The translations under genes and the position numbers were made by a program. Of a DNA stretch of 64,000 bases, positions 1 to 9,037 are shown in pieces; within the stretch, counting starts at the first letter, position 1, and each line of letters opens with the position of its first letter. Source of the DNA: Spirochaetales bacterium (GTDB lineage: Bacteria > Spirochaetota > Spirochaetia > SZUA-6 > JAFGRV01); the NCBI GenBank assembly GCA_016930085.1, contig JAFGHO010000067.1, positions 1,041 through 65,040 of the forward strand, read 5' to 3'. The notes beneath the pieces are model-generated. The model had not been told where the DNA came from and made no database searches. It saw only the letters and a program-made list of their open reading frames with translations.

Positions 1-336
1 CTGGTTTTTTCCCTTATACCGAAAATTATCATCAATCCGCCCGGGATAGACTGGTTCGACAAACTCCTCCATACCTCCGTATATACGGTATTGGGAGTTC
101 TTTCGTTTTTGTCGTTTATCGGGGAGAGGCGCTCTGTGATACAAAAGGCGGTGCTTCTTGTTATTCTGCTTTCCCTTTATGGCGGGATTATCGAAGTACT
201 GCAATCCTTTACCGGAAGGACTCCGGATATCTTCGATTTTTTTTCCGATTCGATAGGCGCATCCGTCGGTGTCGGGTCCTGTTTCGTGATATGCTTCCTC
301 AAAAGGAAATCGAAACACCACGCGGGAAACCTCTGA
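1..336 (+). CDS. VanZ family membrane protein, C-terminal part (5' end lies outside window)
   Basis: Frame 1 is open from base 1. Translation LVFSLIPKIIINPPGIDWFDKLLHTSVYTVLG...EVLQSFTGRTPDIFDF has the DKxxHxxxYxxLG and E..Q....R / D...N..G pattern typical of VanZ. Stop at 334-336. Confidence 0.55.
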   Translation: MVFSLIPKIIINPPGIDWFDKLLHTSVYTVLGVLSFLSFIGERRSVIQKAVLLVILLSLYGGIIEVLQSFTGRTPDIFDFFSDSIGASVGVGSCFVICFLKRKSKHHAGNL

Positions 337-420
337 AATTCCGTCACATTCCCTTGCCCTGAAACTCTTTTTTTCTTAAATTTACCAAATAAGTAATCTA
401 ATAAGAGGAGTAAGGAAAAA

Positions 421-843
421 ATGTTTAATAGAATAGTTATATTAATGATTTTATTTTCATTTTCCGGTTGTTTTTCGGAACCGAATAACAGCAGAGGGGA
501 GGGAGAACAGATGGTTAAGACCATAACACCCGAGTCCGCATATAAACTCGTCCTGGAGAATGAGGGAAAAGATGATTTTCATATTCTCGACATCAGAACT
601 CCGGCAGAATATGATGACGGCCATCTGGAGGACGCCATTCTCCTCGATTATTATTCAGCCGCATTCGAGGAAGAACTCGATAAACTCGATAAAAACGCGA
701 CCTGGCTTGTTTATTGCAGAACCGGAAACAGAAGCGGAAAGGCGATGAGTATATTCGAACGGCTGGGTTTTCATCGTGTATACAATATGGGAGAGGGGAT
801 CGTCGGCTGGAAACGGCTGGAATATCCCCTCGTCTCGGATTAA
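421..843 (+). CDS. Rhodanese-like sulfurtransferase, lipoprotein (signal peptide with lipobox FSGC)
   Basis: 140 aa. Single rhodanese domain with catalytic loop CRTGNRS. RBS AGGAG upstream. Hydrophobic N-terminus followed by Cys. Confidence 0.8.
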   Translation: MFNRIVILMILFSFSGCFSEPNNSRGEGEQMVKTITPESAYKLVLENEGKDDFHILDIRTPAEYDDGHLEDAILLDYYSAAFEEELDKLDKNATWLVYCRTGNRSGKAMSIFERLGFHRVYNMGEGIVGWKRLEYPLVSD

Positions 844-854
844 CGGCCCGGGCG

Positions 855-1778
855 TTATGATATGACCGTGCGGAGAAAGGAATAGGCCGAGGTAATCCGC
901 TTGCACATTTCAAGTCCTTCCGGATTAATATCTGGATGATAGGTTTTCATGAGGGTGACGTATCGCTTTTTCAATCGCTTCCGGGTTATAAGACCTGATT
1001 CGAGACCGAGTATTCTTTTTGCCCGTGTGATGTCGGAGACGGGTTTTTCATCCTGTTCGGAATCGTTATTTTTATTTATGAAGGAGTGCAGTTTTTTTTC
1101 GATGAACAGAAAAAGTCCGCGGGGATCGAAAATATGGCGTTGAAACAGCGAATAAAGATATGCCGGGACGGTCGCGTATGCGGTTGTATCGAGGTGTTTT
1201 TTTTCTATAAAACGTAAACAGGCTTTTTCGATCATCGGCCCGAGAGAGAAATATTCGGCGTAATACATATCGAGTGCGCGGTAAAAATCTCCTGCGACGC
1301 CGTACATGGATGTAAAATCCTCATGGTGTATCGAATGGGCGGAAAGCCGGGCATTGACTTCAGAAATAAAACATTCCATCAGTTCGATTCTGTCCGAATG
1401 TGGAATAAAGAGTCCGGCCTTTACAAAGGCTTCTTCGATCCTCGATCCGTTACGGCGGGGTAACGGCGGATATTCGCTTCTGGAGTCCTTTTTATCGATG
1501 AGCGGTAATCGTTCGATCTCCTCGAGAAGGGCAATGAGATTTCCCGCATCGTTATCCGTAAATAAATCTATCATGTCGAATAAGGGAAGGTTGTCCTTTT
1601 CACGGTAGAGTGTTCTGTAAAACTCGGCCGGATCGATATCGAGAAGCCGGATCAGGTTGTCGGTGGGAAGACGCCACCTGCCGTCCCTCGTGAGAGACGC
1701 TTTTATCGTTTCGATAATCCGTTGAACCCTGTATTCCATTACGGTGCCATTATACAGGGTATAGCGTTTTTTTTCCAT
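855..1778 (-). CDS. J-domain (DnaJ-like) protein with unknown N-terminal domain
   Basis: C-terminal J domain with HPD motif (KRYVTLMKTYHPDINPEG). The longest ORF begins with TTG at 1832; the first ATG (MEKKRYTLYN) is at 1778. Divergent from bactofilin. Confidence 0.55.
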   Translation of the reverse strand: MEKKRYTLYNGTVMEYRVQRIIETIKASLTRDGRWRLPTDNLIRLLDIDPAEFYRTLYREKDNLPLFDMIDLFTDNDAGNLIALLEEIERLPLIDKKDSRSEYPPLPRRNGSRIEEAFVKAGLFIPHSDRIELMECFISEVNARLSAHSIHHEDFTSMYGVAGDFYRALDMYYAEYFSLGPMIEKACLRFIEKKHLDTTAYATVPAYLYSLFQRHIFDPRGLFLFIEKKLHSFINKNNDSEQDEKPVSDITRAKRILGLESGLITRKRLKKRYVTLMKTYHPDINPEGLEMCKRITSAYSFLRTVIS

Positions 1779-1824
1779 AGGTCCGCCGGGCGCGGTACCC
1801 GGGAATGAGGCCGTCGGGAGTTCT

Positions 1825-1853
1825 GTTGACAATTAATGTCTCTGACGGTAGTA
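1825..1853 (+). promoter_or_regulatory. Sigma70-like promoter (TTGACA-N17-TAGTAT) upstream of bactofilin
   Basis: TTGACA at 1825-1830, 17-nt spacer, TAGTAT at 1848-1853. RBS GGAGGAGG follows at 1861-1868, then ATG at 1877. Confidence 0.35.
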
Positions 1854-1876
1854 TAGTTGCGGGAGGAGGAAAACGT

Positions 1877-2254
1877 ATGCTTGAAGTAAGGATAAAAAAG
1901 GTCGAGGAAAACAATATCGATACCATTCTGGCCGACGATATCGATTTTACCGGTATGGTGAGTTTCAACAAACCGCTTATGGTAAAAGGCAAGATCAATG
2001 GTGAAATCGATGCCAGTGGAGATCTGTATATTGACGAAGGGGCGGAAGTAGAGGCGCAAATCAAGGCACATATCGTTTCCGCAAAAGGGAAAATAAATGG
2101 CAATATCACAGCGGATGCGAAGGTGGAGCTCTTTTCCACCGCCATTGTGACCGGTGACATTGTGACCCCCGAGATTGAAATCGAAAGCGGTGCGCGGTTT
2201 AACGGGAATTGTATTATGAAGGGAAGCGGACAGGGGGATAATTATGGCCGGTAG
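1877..2254 (+). CDS. Bactofilin (polymer-forming cytoskeletal protein, DUF583)
   Basis: 125 aa. Repetitive beta-helical glycine/valine pattern (KINGEIDASGDLYIDEGAEVEAQIKAHIVSAKGKINGNITADAKVEL). Strong RBS. Start chosen at MLEVRIKK. Confidence 0.75.
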   Translation: MLEVRIKKVEENNIDTILADDIDFTGMVSFNKPLMVKGKINGEIDASGDLYIDEGAEVEAQIKAHIVSAKGKINGNITADAKVELFSTAIVTGDIVTPEIEIESGARFNGNCIMKGSGQGDNYGR

Positions 2255-2873
2255 ATTGCGGAGGTTCATTCTTGTTTTCTGTTTCCTTGTTCCGATAGCC
2301 GCGCTTGCGCAGGAGAAACCCGACGCACTCGCTTTGTACAGGCAGCAGAAATATGCCGAGGCGGAAAAGGTATGCCTTGCGGAACTGGAGGAGACGCCAA
2401 AACGGCTCGATTCCTATGTCGTTTTAGTGTGGGCGCTTTTAGCCCAGAAAAAATACGAAGATGCGGCCAGATATACGGAAAAGGCACTCAAGATATCACG
2501 CTATGACAAGAGAAATATATATAGCGCCGTCGAAGCGTATTATTATCTCGGCGACAACGACAAAGCCCTGAAATATTGTGAAGAATACGTTTCCATTGCC
2601 GTTGCGGATAAAAACATAAGTATCATTTATAATTATATGGGAGAGATTTTTATACGGCTGGGCGAGTTCAACAATGCGGATATCGCGTTCTCGACGGCCC
2701 TTCACTATGACAACAAGCAGGCGGACTGGTGGGCGCGGCTGGGATACGCGCGCGAGATGGGCAAAAATTACCGGGCGGCACTCGAAGCCTATGAGAACGC
2801 GCTGAAACTCAACCAGGACCATTCGGAGGCAAAACGGGGGAAAAAATCGGTTGAACAGAAACTGGCGGAATGA
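2244..2873 (+). CDS. Secreted tetratricopeptide (TPR) repeat protein
   Basis: Signal peptide (FLVPIAALAQE). Repeated A/Y/L-spaced TPR-like helices (ALKYCEEY, EAYENALKLNQDH). Overlaps bactofilin stop by 11 nt. Confidence 0.65.
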   Translation: MAGRLRRFILVFCFLVPIAALAQEKPDALALYRQQKYAEAEKVCLAELEETPKRLDSYVVLVWALLAQKKYEDAARYTEKALKISRYDKRNIYSAVEAYYYLGDNDKALKYCEEYVSIAVADKNISIIYNYMGEIFIRLGEFNNADIAFSTALHYDNKQADWWARLGYAREMGKNYRAALEAYENALKLNQDHSEAKRGKKSVEQKLAE

Positions 2874-2963
2874 GAGTGCTTGACGGATGAGAGTGTTTGT
2901 CGGATGAAAGTGTTTGTCGGATGAAAGTGTTTGTCGGATGAAAGTGTTTGTCGGATGAAAGTG
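2871..2963. repeat. 17-bp tandem repeat, about 5.4 copies (TGA[A/G]AGTG[T/C]TTG[T/A]CGGA), ending inside the mtaB start
   Basis: Copies start at 2871, 2888, 2905, 2922, 2939 and a partial one at 2956. The last three full copies are identical. Each copy contains ATGA(A/G)AGTG; the final one provides the mtaB start ATGAAAGTG (2955). Confidence 0.9.
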
Positions 2964-4310
2964 CTGCTTCAAACACTCGGCTGTAAGGTCAATCAGGCCG
3001 AAGGCGAAGCGATTGCCTGTACGCTGCGCCGGCGAGGTATCAGCCTTGTTTCCGCAGGAGAAGAAGCGGACATCTGTGTCGTCAATACCTGTACCGTTAC
3101 CTCGAAAAGCGACCAGAAATGTCGCAGGGCCATCCGGTTCTCCGTCAAGGAGAATCCCCATGCGCTCATCATCATTACCGGATGTTACGCCGAGCTGGAC
3201 GGGCCGTATCTTTCCCGCATCGCGGAGAATGTCGTTGTCGTTCCCCAACACCGCAAGGCGGTTCTTCTCGATATGTTCGACCGTCTTCCCGTCAAAGCGT
3301 TTCTCGACGCTTCGATTGAAGAAAAAAAAGCATTCATCACCGGGTTCCTTGAAACCCGGGAAGAGCGATCTTTCACCGCGTGTTTCCGGTTTTATACGGA
3401 CGACGTTCTCCTCCACAGCAGGGCATTTCTCAAGGTCCAGGATGGATGCAGCTATCGATGTACGTATTGCAGGGTCCCGCTTGCAAGGGGCCCTTCGATA
3501 AGCCTTTCCCCGCAGGAAATAATCAGACGGATACGTTTCCTCGAGGAAAAGGGATTCAGGGAGATTGTCTGTACGGGAATCAATATCACCGACTACTGTT
3601 ATGGAAGTGAAACGCTTGTTTCCCTGTTAAAGAGGATTCTCGCTGAAGTCCGCAGCGCCCGTATCAGACTGACGTCCCTCGAACCCGAACGGATCGATAA
3701 TGAACTTGCGGATGTCCTCTCCGATACCCGTATTTGTTCCCATTTCCATCTTCCCGTACAGTCCGGTTCCGACCGGATACTCGGCGGGATGAAGCGCCGC
3801 TACAATGCGGAAAGGGTGAGGGAAACCGTCCGCCTGCTCAGGGCGGTAAAGCCGGATTGTTTTATCGGTGCGGATATAATCGTCGGTTTTCCCGGTGAAG
3901 GGGATGAAGATTTCGCGTTGACCCGGGAACTCATTACTTCGTGCGCATTATCCGCCCTGCATGTTTTTCCGTTTTCACCGAGAAAAGGAACGGAAGCCTG
4001 GCTTTTAACGCATCGCGTGAAAGCGTCGGTGGTGAAGAAAAGAGTTGCGGAGCTTCTCTCTCTCTCTAAAATCCTTTCGGATACCTATATTTCCGGCTTC
4101 AGGGGAAAAAGGGTCCGTGTCATACTTGAAAAAAGCCTTTATAATGATGATAATGGGAAGGTGATATTTCAGGGATTGTCCGACAATTATATACGGCTTT
4201 CCATCGCGGGTATTCCGGAAAAAGAGGCGGTAAGGGGCAGGCTCGCCGAGGCGGTTATCGAGAAAACCGGGGACCCGGTGAACGCACGCTTTTGCAGGAT
4301 GCTGATATGA
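2955..4310 (+). CDS. mtaB: tRNA t6A37 methylthiotransferase MtaB (radical SAM MiaB/RimO-family MTTase with TRAM domain)
   Basis: N-terminal TLGCKVNQAEGEA (MTTase N domain, MtaB-type). Radical SAM motif CSYRCTYCRVP. C-terminal TRAM-like domain. ATG at 2955; the ORF track extends to a TTG at 2931 inside the repeat. Confidence 0.75.
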   Translation: MKVLLQTLGCKVNQAEGEAIACTLRRRGISLVSAGEEADICVVNTCTVTSKSDQKCRRAIRFSVKENPHALIIITGCYAELDGPYLSRIAENVVVVPQHRKAVLLDMFDRLPVKAFLDASIEEKKAFITGFLETREERSFTACFRFYTDDVLLHSRAFLKVQDGCSYRCTYCRVPLARGPSISLSPQEIIRRIRFLEEKGFREIVCTGINITDYCYGSETLVSLLKRILAEVRSARIRLTSLEPERIDNELADVLSDTRICSHFHLPVQSGSDRILGGMKRRYNAERVRETVRLLRAVKPDCFIGADIIVGFPGEGDEDFALTRELITSCALSALHVFPFSPRKGTEAWLLTHRVKASVVKKRVAELLSLSKILSDTYISGFRGKRVRVILEKSLYNDDNGKVIFQGLSDNYIRLSIAGIPEKEAVRGRLAEAVIEKTGDPVNARFCRMLI

Positions 4311-4668
4311 CCGGGCGGCGCCTGTTGCAGTAGGACCGGGAAGGGAATCACTGACGGTGGAAGAGAAAAAAATAACGGGGAAGGGTGAAATTTTGGATTT
4401 TTATGGAAAAAGAGATATATTGTTTATTAGAAGGATGTACGGCCTTCTCGCTGATTTATAATGTCATAACAAAAACAAAGGGGAAGTGATGCTCGGGATG
4501 AAGAAGTATGGCCGGCAACGGGCGGTGGAAAAGCCTTGCCTGCCGGAGTCGGAGGTTTTTTTCAGGATCGGGCGTGCATACTGAAAAAAATACAAACGGA
4601 AAGAGGCAACCCTGAAACGGGAAAGATGAACGATCGGATGGCAGAGGACGTCGAGGAGGATGAATGAG

Positions 4669-5874
4669 ATGGATAAGATGATTAATATGTTGAAATATAT
4701 TATACTATTCAGTATGTTCATGCTGGTGGCTGGCGTATATTCTTTTTCACAGGATGGGGGTCCGGTGAGTAAACAGCCGCCCTTTCTTCCCGTCAATCCG
4801 GCCGTCATGGCCCAGGGAGGGGCCTTTACCGCCGATGCAAACGGATACAATTCACTTTTTTATAATCCCGCGGGGTTTGCCGTCGGGGACGGAGGTCTTA
4901 CCATTGCCTCAATTACCCCGTGGGGCTACTCTGATCCTTTTACCCTGATGACGCTTCATCACAGTTCGAGTGTAAGTGCCGACCGCCTGCTGACCGACCT
5001 TGTTTCTTCGGGCGGATACGGGGGCGGCTATGCCGGGCTGATCAGTTTCGTCAAGGCGGGGCTTGGCATCGGTGCTGCATTTGTTTTCGATTCGTATCTT
5101 CACGGGAATGAAGAGTTGACACAGACGGACGGAAGCGTGCATATGACCCTCGGTTTTGTGCTGGGATACGCTTATTTGTTCACCTTTCCCGGATTCAGCC
5201 TCAGTATCGGGGCCGATGTCAGGCCCATGGCCCGGGTGTATGTTCCCGTTACCGAAACGCTCGCCGTGCGGCTTTTTGAAGAATATATCACGGGGGGAAG
5301 TGACGTCATCGGGGTGCTCGACAATGCGCCGGCTTTGAGCGGTATCGGTATCGGCTTTGATGCGGGACTTATCGCGGATTTCGGGATTATCAAATGCGGG
5401 CTTTCGTTCAGGGATATCGGGGGGACGCTTTTCGATTATCGTGAAAGCACGTTTGACGAAATCATGACCTCTTTGGCCGACTCGGGCGTCTTTCCCGAAG
5501 ACGCGGAGAAACCGGAGGAACGGTATATCATCCCCATGAATGTGAGTGCCGGCGTATCCGTTCATCCCGACCTCGGGGACCTGGAGGATATCGTTAAACC
5601 TGTTTTCCATCTGGATCTTCAGGATATTGTCGAAGTATTCGCCGAGCACAGGGATCCGTTACTTTTGCTTCACATCGGGGCGGAAGCGACATTATTCGAA
5701 ATATTCAGCCTCAAGGCGGGATTCGCAGGCGGTCATTTCAGTCTCGGTGCGGGTGTCAAGCTCTGGTTTCTCGATATAAATATGGCATTCTTTACCACCG
5801 AACGGGGAACAAGTGCCGGCGATGTCCCCAATTCGTGCTCTGCCATAGAAGTGGCCGCGCGGCTGGCACTCTGA
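4669..5874 (+). CDS. Putative outer-membrane beta-barrel protein (FadL/TodX-like N-terminal NPAG motif)
   Basis: Signal peptide. Motif GGAFTADANGYNSLFYNPAGFA resembles the FadL-family N-terminal NPA region. Gly/aromatic-rich alternating strands. Paralog at 6582. Several candidate ATGs at 4660-4687; RBS GAGGAGG at 4653-4659. Confidence 0.5.
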   Translation: MDKMINMLKYIILFSMFMLVAGVYSFSQDGGPVSKQPPFLPVNPAVMAQGGAFTADANGYNSLFYNPAGFAVGDGGLTIASITPWGYSDPFTLMTLHHSSSVSADRLLTDLVSSGGYGGGYAGLISFVKAGLGIGAAFVFDSYLHGNEELTQTDGSVHMTLGFVLGYAYLFTFPGFSLSIGADVRPMARVYVPVTETLAVRLFEEYITGGSDVIGVLDNAPALSGIGIGFDAGLIADFGIIKCGLSFRDIGGTLFDYRESTFDEIMTSLADSGVFPEDAEKPEERYIIPMNVSAGVSVHPDLGDLEDIVKPVFHLDLQDIVEVFAEHRDPLLLLHIGAEATLFEIFSLKAGFAGGHFSLGAGVKLWFLDINMAFFTTERGTSAGDVPNSCSAIEVAARLAL

Positions 5875-5937
5875 TTGAGGGGGTGAACGTCTCTATCTTT
5901 TATGCCGATTATGGCCGATAGAGAAAAGGAGGAACAT

Positions 5938-6558
5938 ATGGGGAAAATGAAAGCGATCATGATGGGGACGTGCGTCTGTCTTTTGCTGCTTATGCTGCAG
6001 GTCGCCTGCCAGGATCTGTATACCACCGGTATTTTCGGTTCTCTCCAGGACGACCCGAAGGACCTTTCGGACGAACGTCTGATCGATTACGGGTGGGACG
6101 CGTTGGGCACCGGTGAAAACAGCAAGATAGAAAAGGCTTTTGAAGCACTCGAAGACGCCCTGAAAGACTCCCCCAAAAATGCCGAAATGAATTACGTCGC
6201 CGCTTTCTGCGCTCTCGAACTTTCCGGCGTCACCGAAGTCATCATCAGCCAGCCGTCTGATTACACTGCCTTTAAAAACTCTCTCGATACCGCCTGTCTT
6301 ATCGACGCGGGAACATATTTCGACGCTGCTGCCGTCAATGGCGCTGATTTGAACGCGATCGATTCTTTTTTCTGCGGTACCGGAATACTTCTTAACGCGA
6401 CGGGAGGAGATTTTTCATTAATTCCTTTCGTCTTTGCGGCTCCATCGACACCGGAAGAGATAGCAGGTGTTGCTTATGCAACGGCGGGATTGACTGCAAT
6501 TAATAATGTAAACGCGGAACTGGGCTTAACGTTAATGGAATGTTTCCTTACTCCGTGA
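5938..6558 (+). CDS. Hypothetical lipoprotein (lipobox LQVAC)
   Basis: RBS AAAGGAGG 7 nt before ATG at 5938. Signal peptide ending LQVAC|QD. No recognisable domain. Sits between the two OMP paralogs. Confidence 0.55.
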   Translation: MGKMKAIMMGTCVCLLLLMLQVACQDLYTTGIFGSLQDDPKDLSDERLIDYGWDALGTGENSKIEKAFEALEDALKDSPKNAEMNYVAAFCALELSGVTEVIISQPSDYTAFKNSLDTACLIDAGTYFDAAAVNGADLNAIDSFFCGTGILLNATGGDFSLIPFVFAAPSTPEEIAGVAYATAGLTAINNVNAELGLTLMECFLTP

Positions 6559-6581
6559 TCAATAAAGCAAAGGATGTTCGT

Positions 6582-7730
6582 ATGGTAACGAGAAGACTAT
6601 TATATGCTATATTGCTGCTTTTTATTGCGGGAATCGGCAGTCTCTTTGCTTCGGGAGAAATTGAGCCCTCCCTTGTCCCCTCGAACGCCCGGTCCGCTTC
6701 TCTGGGCGGTCCGCACGCCGCTATGACGGACGACCACCGGACCATTTTCCATAATCCCGCCGGTCTGCGGACCGCGGAGTCCGGATTCCTCCTTTCCGAG
6801 TTGACCCTGCATCTGACGGGTCCGGTATTCGATGTCACGGGCGCGCTTTTGGAGGATTCGGATATCACGGAAAACTCTGAGCTTCTGGAATTGCTGACCA
6901 CCATCTACGCGGGGATGGAACTTGTCGGTCCTATCTCCTTTGCCTATATCGGGGGGGGATTCGGTTTCGGTATTTTCAACTGGGCCGATATCGAGTTTCA
7001 GACGCGCGGCTCCTACAACCTCCAGTTTTCGTTTCTGGAAAATCTCCTTCTGACGGCCGGTTACGCGTTCAGGGTTCCGATCGGAGAAACCACCCTCGAT
7101 ATCGGGGTGCAGTTGAAGGCGCTGGGCCGCGGTTCGACAACCAGTCTGATCCAGTCCGTGCTCGAAATCATGGAAACGGCGACCTCCGACCCCTTGCAGC
7201 TCCTTTTCGAAGGGGATTTTTACATTAGCAGCGGCGCGGGGCTCGATATCGGTTTGCTTTATACGATAGCCGATATTTTTTCAATCGGACTCGTTGCCCG
7301 CGACGCCTATACCCCGACCTGGCGGCTCCGCTTTGATTCACTCGAAGATTTCTCTGATCCCGCATCCGAATACGGCACCGTTCCCTGCGATCTTTCCTTT
7401 GGTATCAGGTTCGCCCTCCCCCTCGGAAGGCTACACTATTATCTCGGAGAACCGGTCCTGTATCTCGATTATACGGATATCCTCGATTTTCTCACGCACC
7501 CGGCAACTGCAAGAAACTGGTTTCTCCATCTCGGGCTGGGGCTGGAATGGCACATCCTCGATATTATCAGTCTTCGGGCCGGATTCGCGGAGGGATTGCC
7601 GGGGGCCGGACTCGGCGTTGATTTGACCTTCTTCACGATCGATGTAGCGATATTCGGGAGCGAGCTTTCAACCGAACCGTCATTCAGACCGGCCTATAAC
7701 ATGATAATCGGATTCGACTTTACACTATAA
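6582..7730 (+). CDS. Putative outer-membrane beta-barrel protein, paralog of 4669..5874 (NPAGL motif)
   Basis: Signal peptide LFASGE. Motif GGPHAAMTDDHRTIFHNPAGL parallels the upstream paralog. Ends with aromatic-rich ...IGFDFTL. Confidence 0.5.
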   Translation: MVTRRLLYAILLLFIAGIGSLFASGEIEPSLVPSNARSASLGGPHAAMTDDHRTIFHNPAGLRTAESGFLLSELTLHLTGPVFDVTGALLEDSDITENSELLELLTTIYAGMELVGPISFAYIGGGFGFGIFNWADIEFQTRGSYNLQFSFLENLLLTAGYAFRVPIGETTLDIGVQLKALGRGSTTSLIQSVLEIMETATSDPLQLLFEGDFYISSGAGLDIGLLYTIADIFSIGLVARDAYTPTWRLRFDSLEDFSDPASEYGTVPCDLSFGIRFALPLGRLHYYLGEPVLYLDYTDILDFLTHPATARNWFLHLGLGLEWHILDIISLRAGFAEGLPGAGLGVDLTFFTIDVAIFGSELSTEPSFRPAYNMIIGFDFTL

Positions 7731-7807
7731 CGGGATGTCAATCGCGGTAGTATGAGTCCTTTCAGAGAAAATGTTTAAAATAATGTGGTGAGGTCCTGTA
7801 AAAAGTG

Positions 7808-7836
7808 TTGACATGTCACGGATAAGTTGGTATATA
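7808..7836 (+). promoter_or_regulatory. Sigma70-like promoter (TTGACA-N17-TATATA) upstream of tRNA-Lys
   Basis: TTGACA at 7808-7813, 17-nt spacer, TATATA at 7831-7836. About 90 nt upstream of the tRNA. Confidence 0.35.
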
Positions 7837-7928
7837 GAACCTTGTATTATGATTTAAAAAAGCTGACCCGGGTTTTATAACAGTAACCGTAAAAATTCCC
7901 GGCACACTATATCGTTAGCAGGATAAAC

Positions 7929-8001
7929 GGGCCGCTAGCTCAGTAGGCAGAGCAACGCCCTTTTAAGGCGTGGGTCGAAGGTTCGAATCCTTCGCGGCTC
8001 A
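7929..8001 (+). tRNA. tRNA-Lys (anticodon UUU)
   Basis: Cloverleaf readable by eye. Acceptor GGGCCGC/GCGGCTC with one G-U pair. D-arm AGCTCAGTAGGCAGAGC. Anticodon loop CUUUUAA. T-arm GGTTCGAATCC. Discriminator A. CCA not encoded. Confidence 0.9.
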
Positions 8002-8008
8002 TAATAAA

Positions 8009-8036
8009 AGCAGGTGAGGTATCCTGCTTTTTTTTG
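8009..8036 (+). terminator. Rho-independent terminator after tRNA-Lys
   Basis: AGCAGG-tgaggtat-CCTGCT hairpin followed by TTTTTTTT. Confidence 0.7.
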
Positions 8037-8355
8037 TGCGCGCCCGTCAGGGTGCACCGCTTTAATGTGATTCTTAGATCATCGATGACGGGGACCATAC
8101 CGGTATCGGGTCTCATGAGCGTGTCAAGAAGGAGAGGTCCATGATCGGAATGGACCCGGCGTGAACACATCGTTTCGGCGTGATCGAGGGGCACTGAAGG
8201 CAGTCAATCCATAAAAAAAAGGATTTTGACCAAAGTAATACCGAAAAACTCTTGCAATTTCGCAAAGACTATATAATGATATAAGTGAGCCTCTATGACT
8301 ATTCTTTATTCATTATATATTACAGGCCTGAAAAGAGGAGGTAAGGAAGAGCGAT

Positions 8356-8871
8356 ATGGGAAAAACGTTTATCAAAAGAAAAACATATGTCATAGACAAA
8401 AAGTTTCAGTTCAGGTTTATTGCCACATTTCTTCTTTATATAGGGATATCTTTAATCATTTTTACCGTCGGTGTCGGTCTCTTTTACTGGTTTTCATATA
8501 TAGCGGGAGAAAATATTTTCAGTGAGTTTATTATCGTTTACAGGCAGATCGATGCAGTCGATAACGACGGGAATCACATCCTTGATGAATACGGCGATCC
8601 GGTAAAGACGACGGAACCCCTTCCCCCCGTCAATCGTATTCAGATCGTTCTCCCCGCGGTTCTTTTCAATAATATCATCATTATGATCATTATTTCCGTG
8701 CTTGGAATCTTTTACTCCCATAAAATAGCCGGACCGGTCTACAGAATCGATATGGAGATCTCAAAGGTTCTTGCCGGGGAAAAAGGGATCAGGATTAGGC
8801 TGAGAAGGAAAGACAAGCTTCAGAGTCTCGCGGAGAAAATAAATAAGCTTATCGAAAAAGCCGAGGGGTAA
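8356..8871 (+). CDS. Hypothetical membrane protein (2 TM segments)
   Basis: RBS GAGGAGG before ATG. Two hydrophobic helices. No identifiable domain. Confidence 0.5.
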   Translation: MGKTFIKRKTYVIDKKFQFRFIATFLLYIGISLIIFTVGVGLFYWFSYIAGENIFSEFIIVYRQIDAVDNDGNHILDEYGDPVKTTEPLPPVNRIQIVLPAVLFNNIIIMIIISVLGIFYSHKIAGPVYRIDMEISKVLAGEKGIRIRLRRKDKLQSLAEKINKLIEKAEG

Positions 8872-9037
8872 CGATAATTCCGTAAAACCACACTCACCTT
8901 TTCCATGTCTTTTCCCCGTTTCAAGCTTCACGATAACCGATGTCCCGGTAAGAATTCCGGCAATCCCGTACCGCTTTTTTCTCTCCGGTGCCCGAACACA
9001 ATTGACAAATTCGATGTTATCACGCAATGGTAGAGAT

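Noticed and set aside
2871-2963. Possibility that the 17-bp tandem array is a CRISPR array
   Set aside because: Units are contiguous with no unique spacers. The period is 17 bp and there are no cas genes. It is a simple tandem repeat.
2496-3416. 306-aa minus-strand ORF
   Set aside because: Entirely antisense to the TPR gene and the mtaB 5' half. No RBS, no domain. A GC-rich antisense frame artefact.
4464-4850. 128-aa minus-strand ORF
   Set aside because: Overlaps the OMP gene start region antisense. No RBS or domain.
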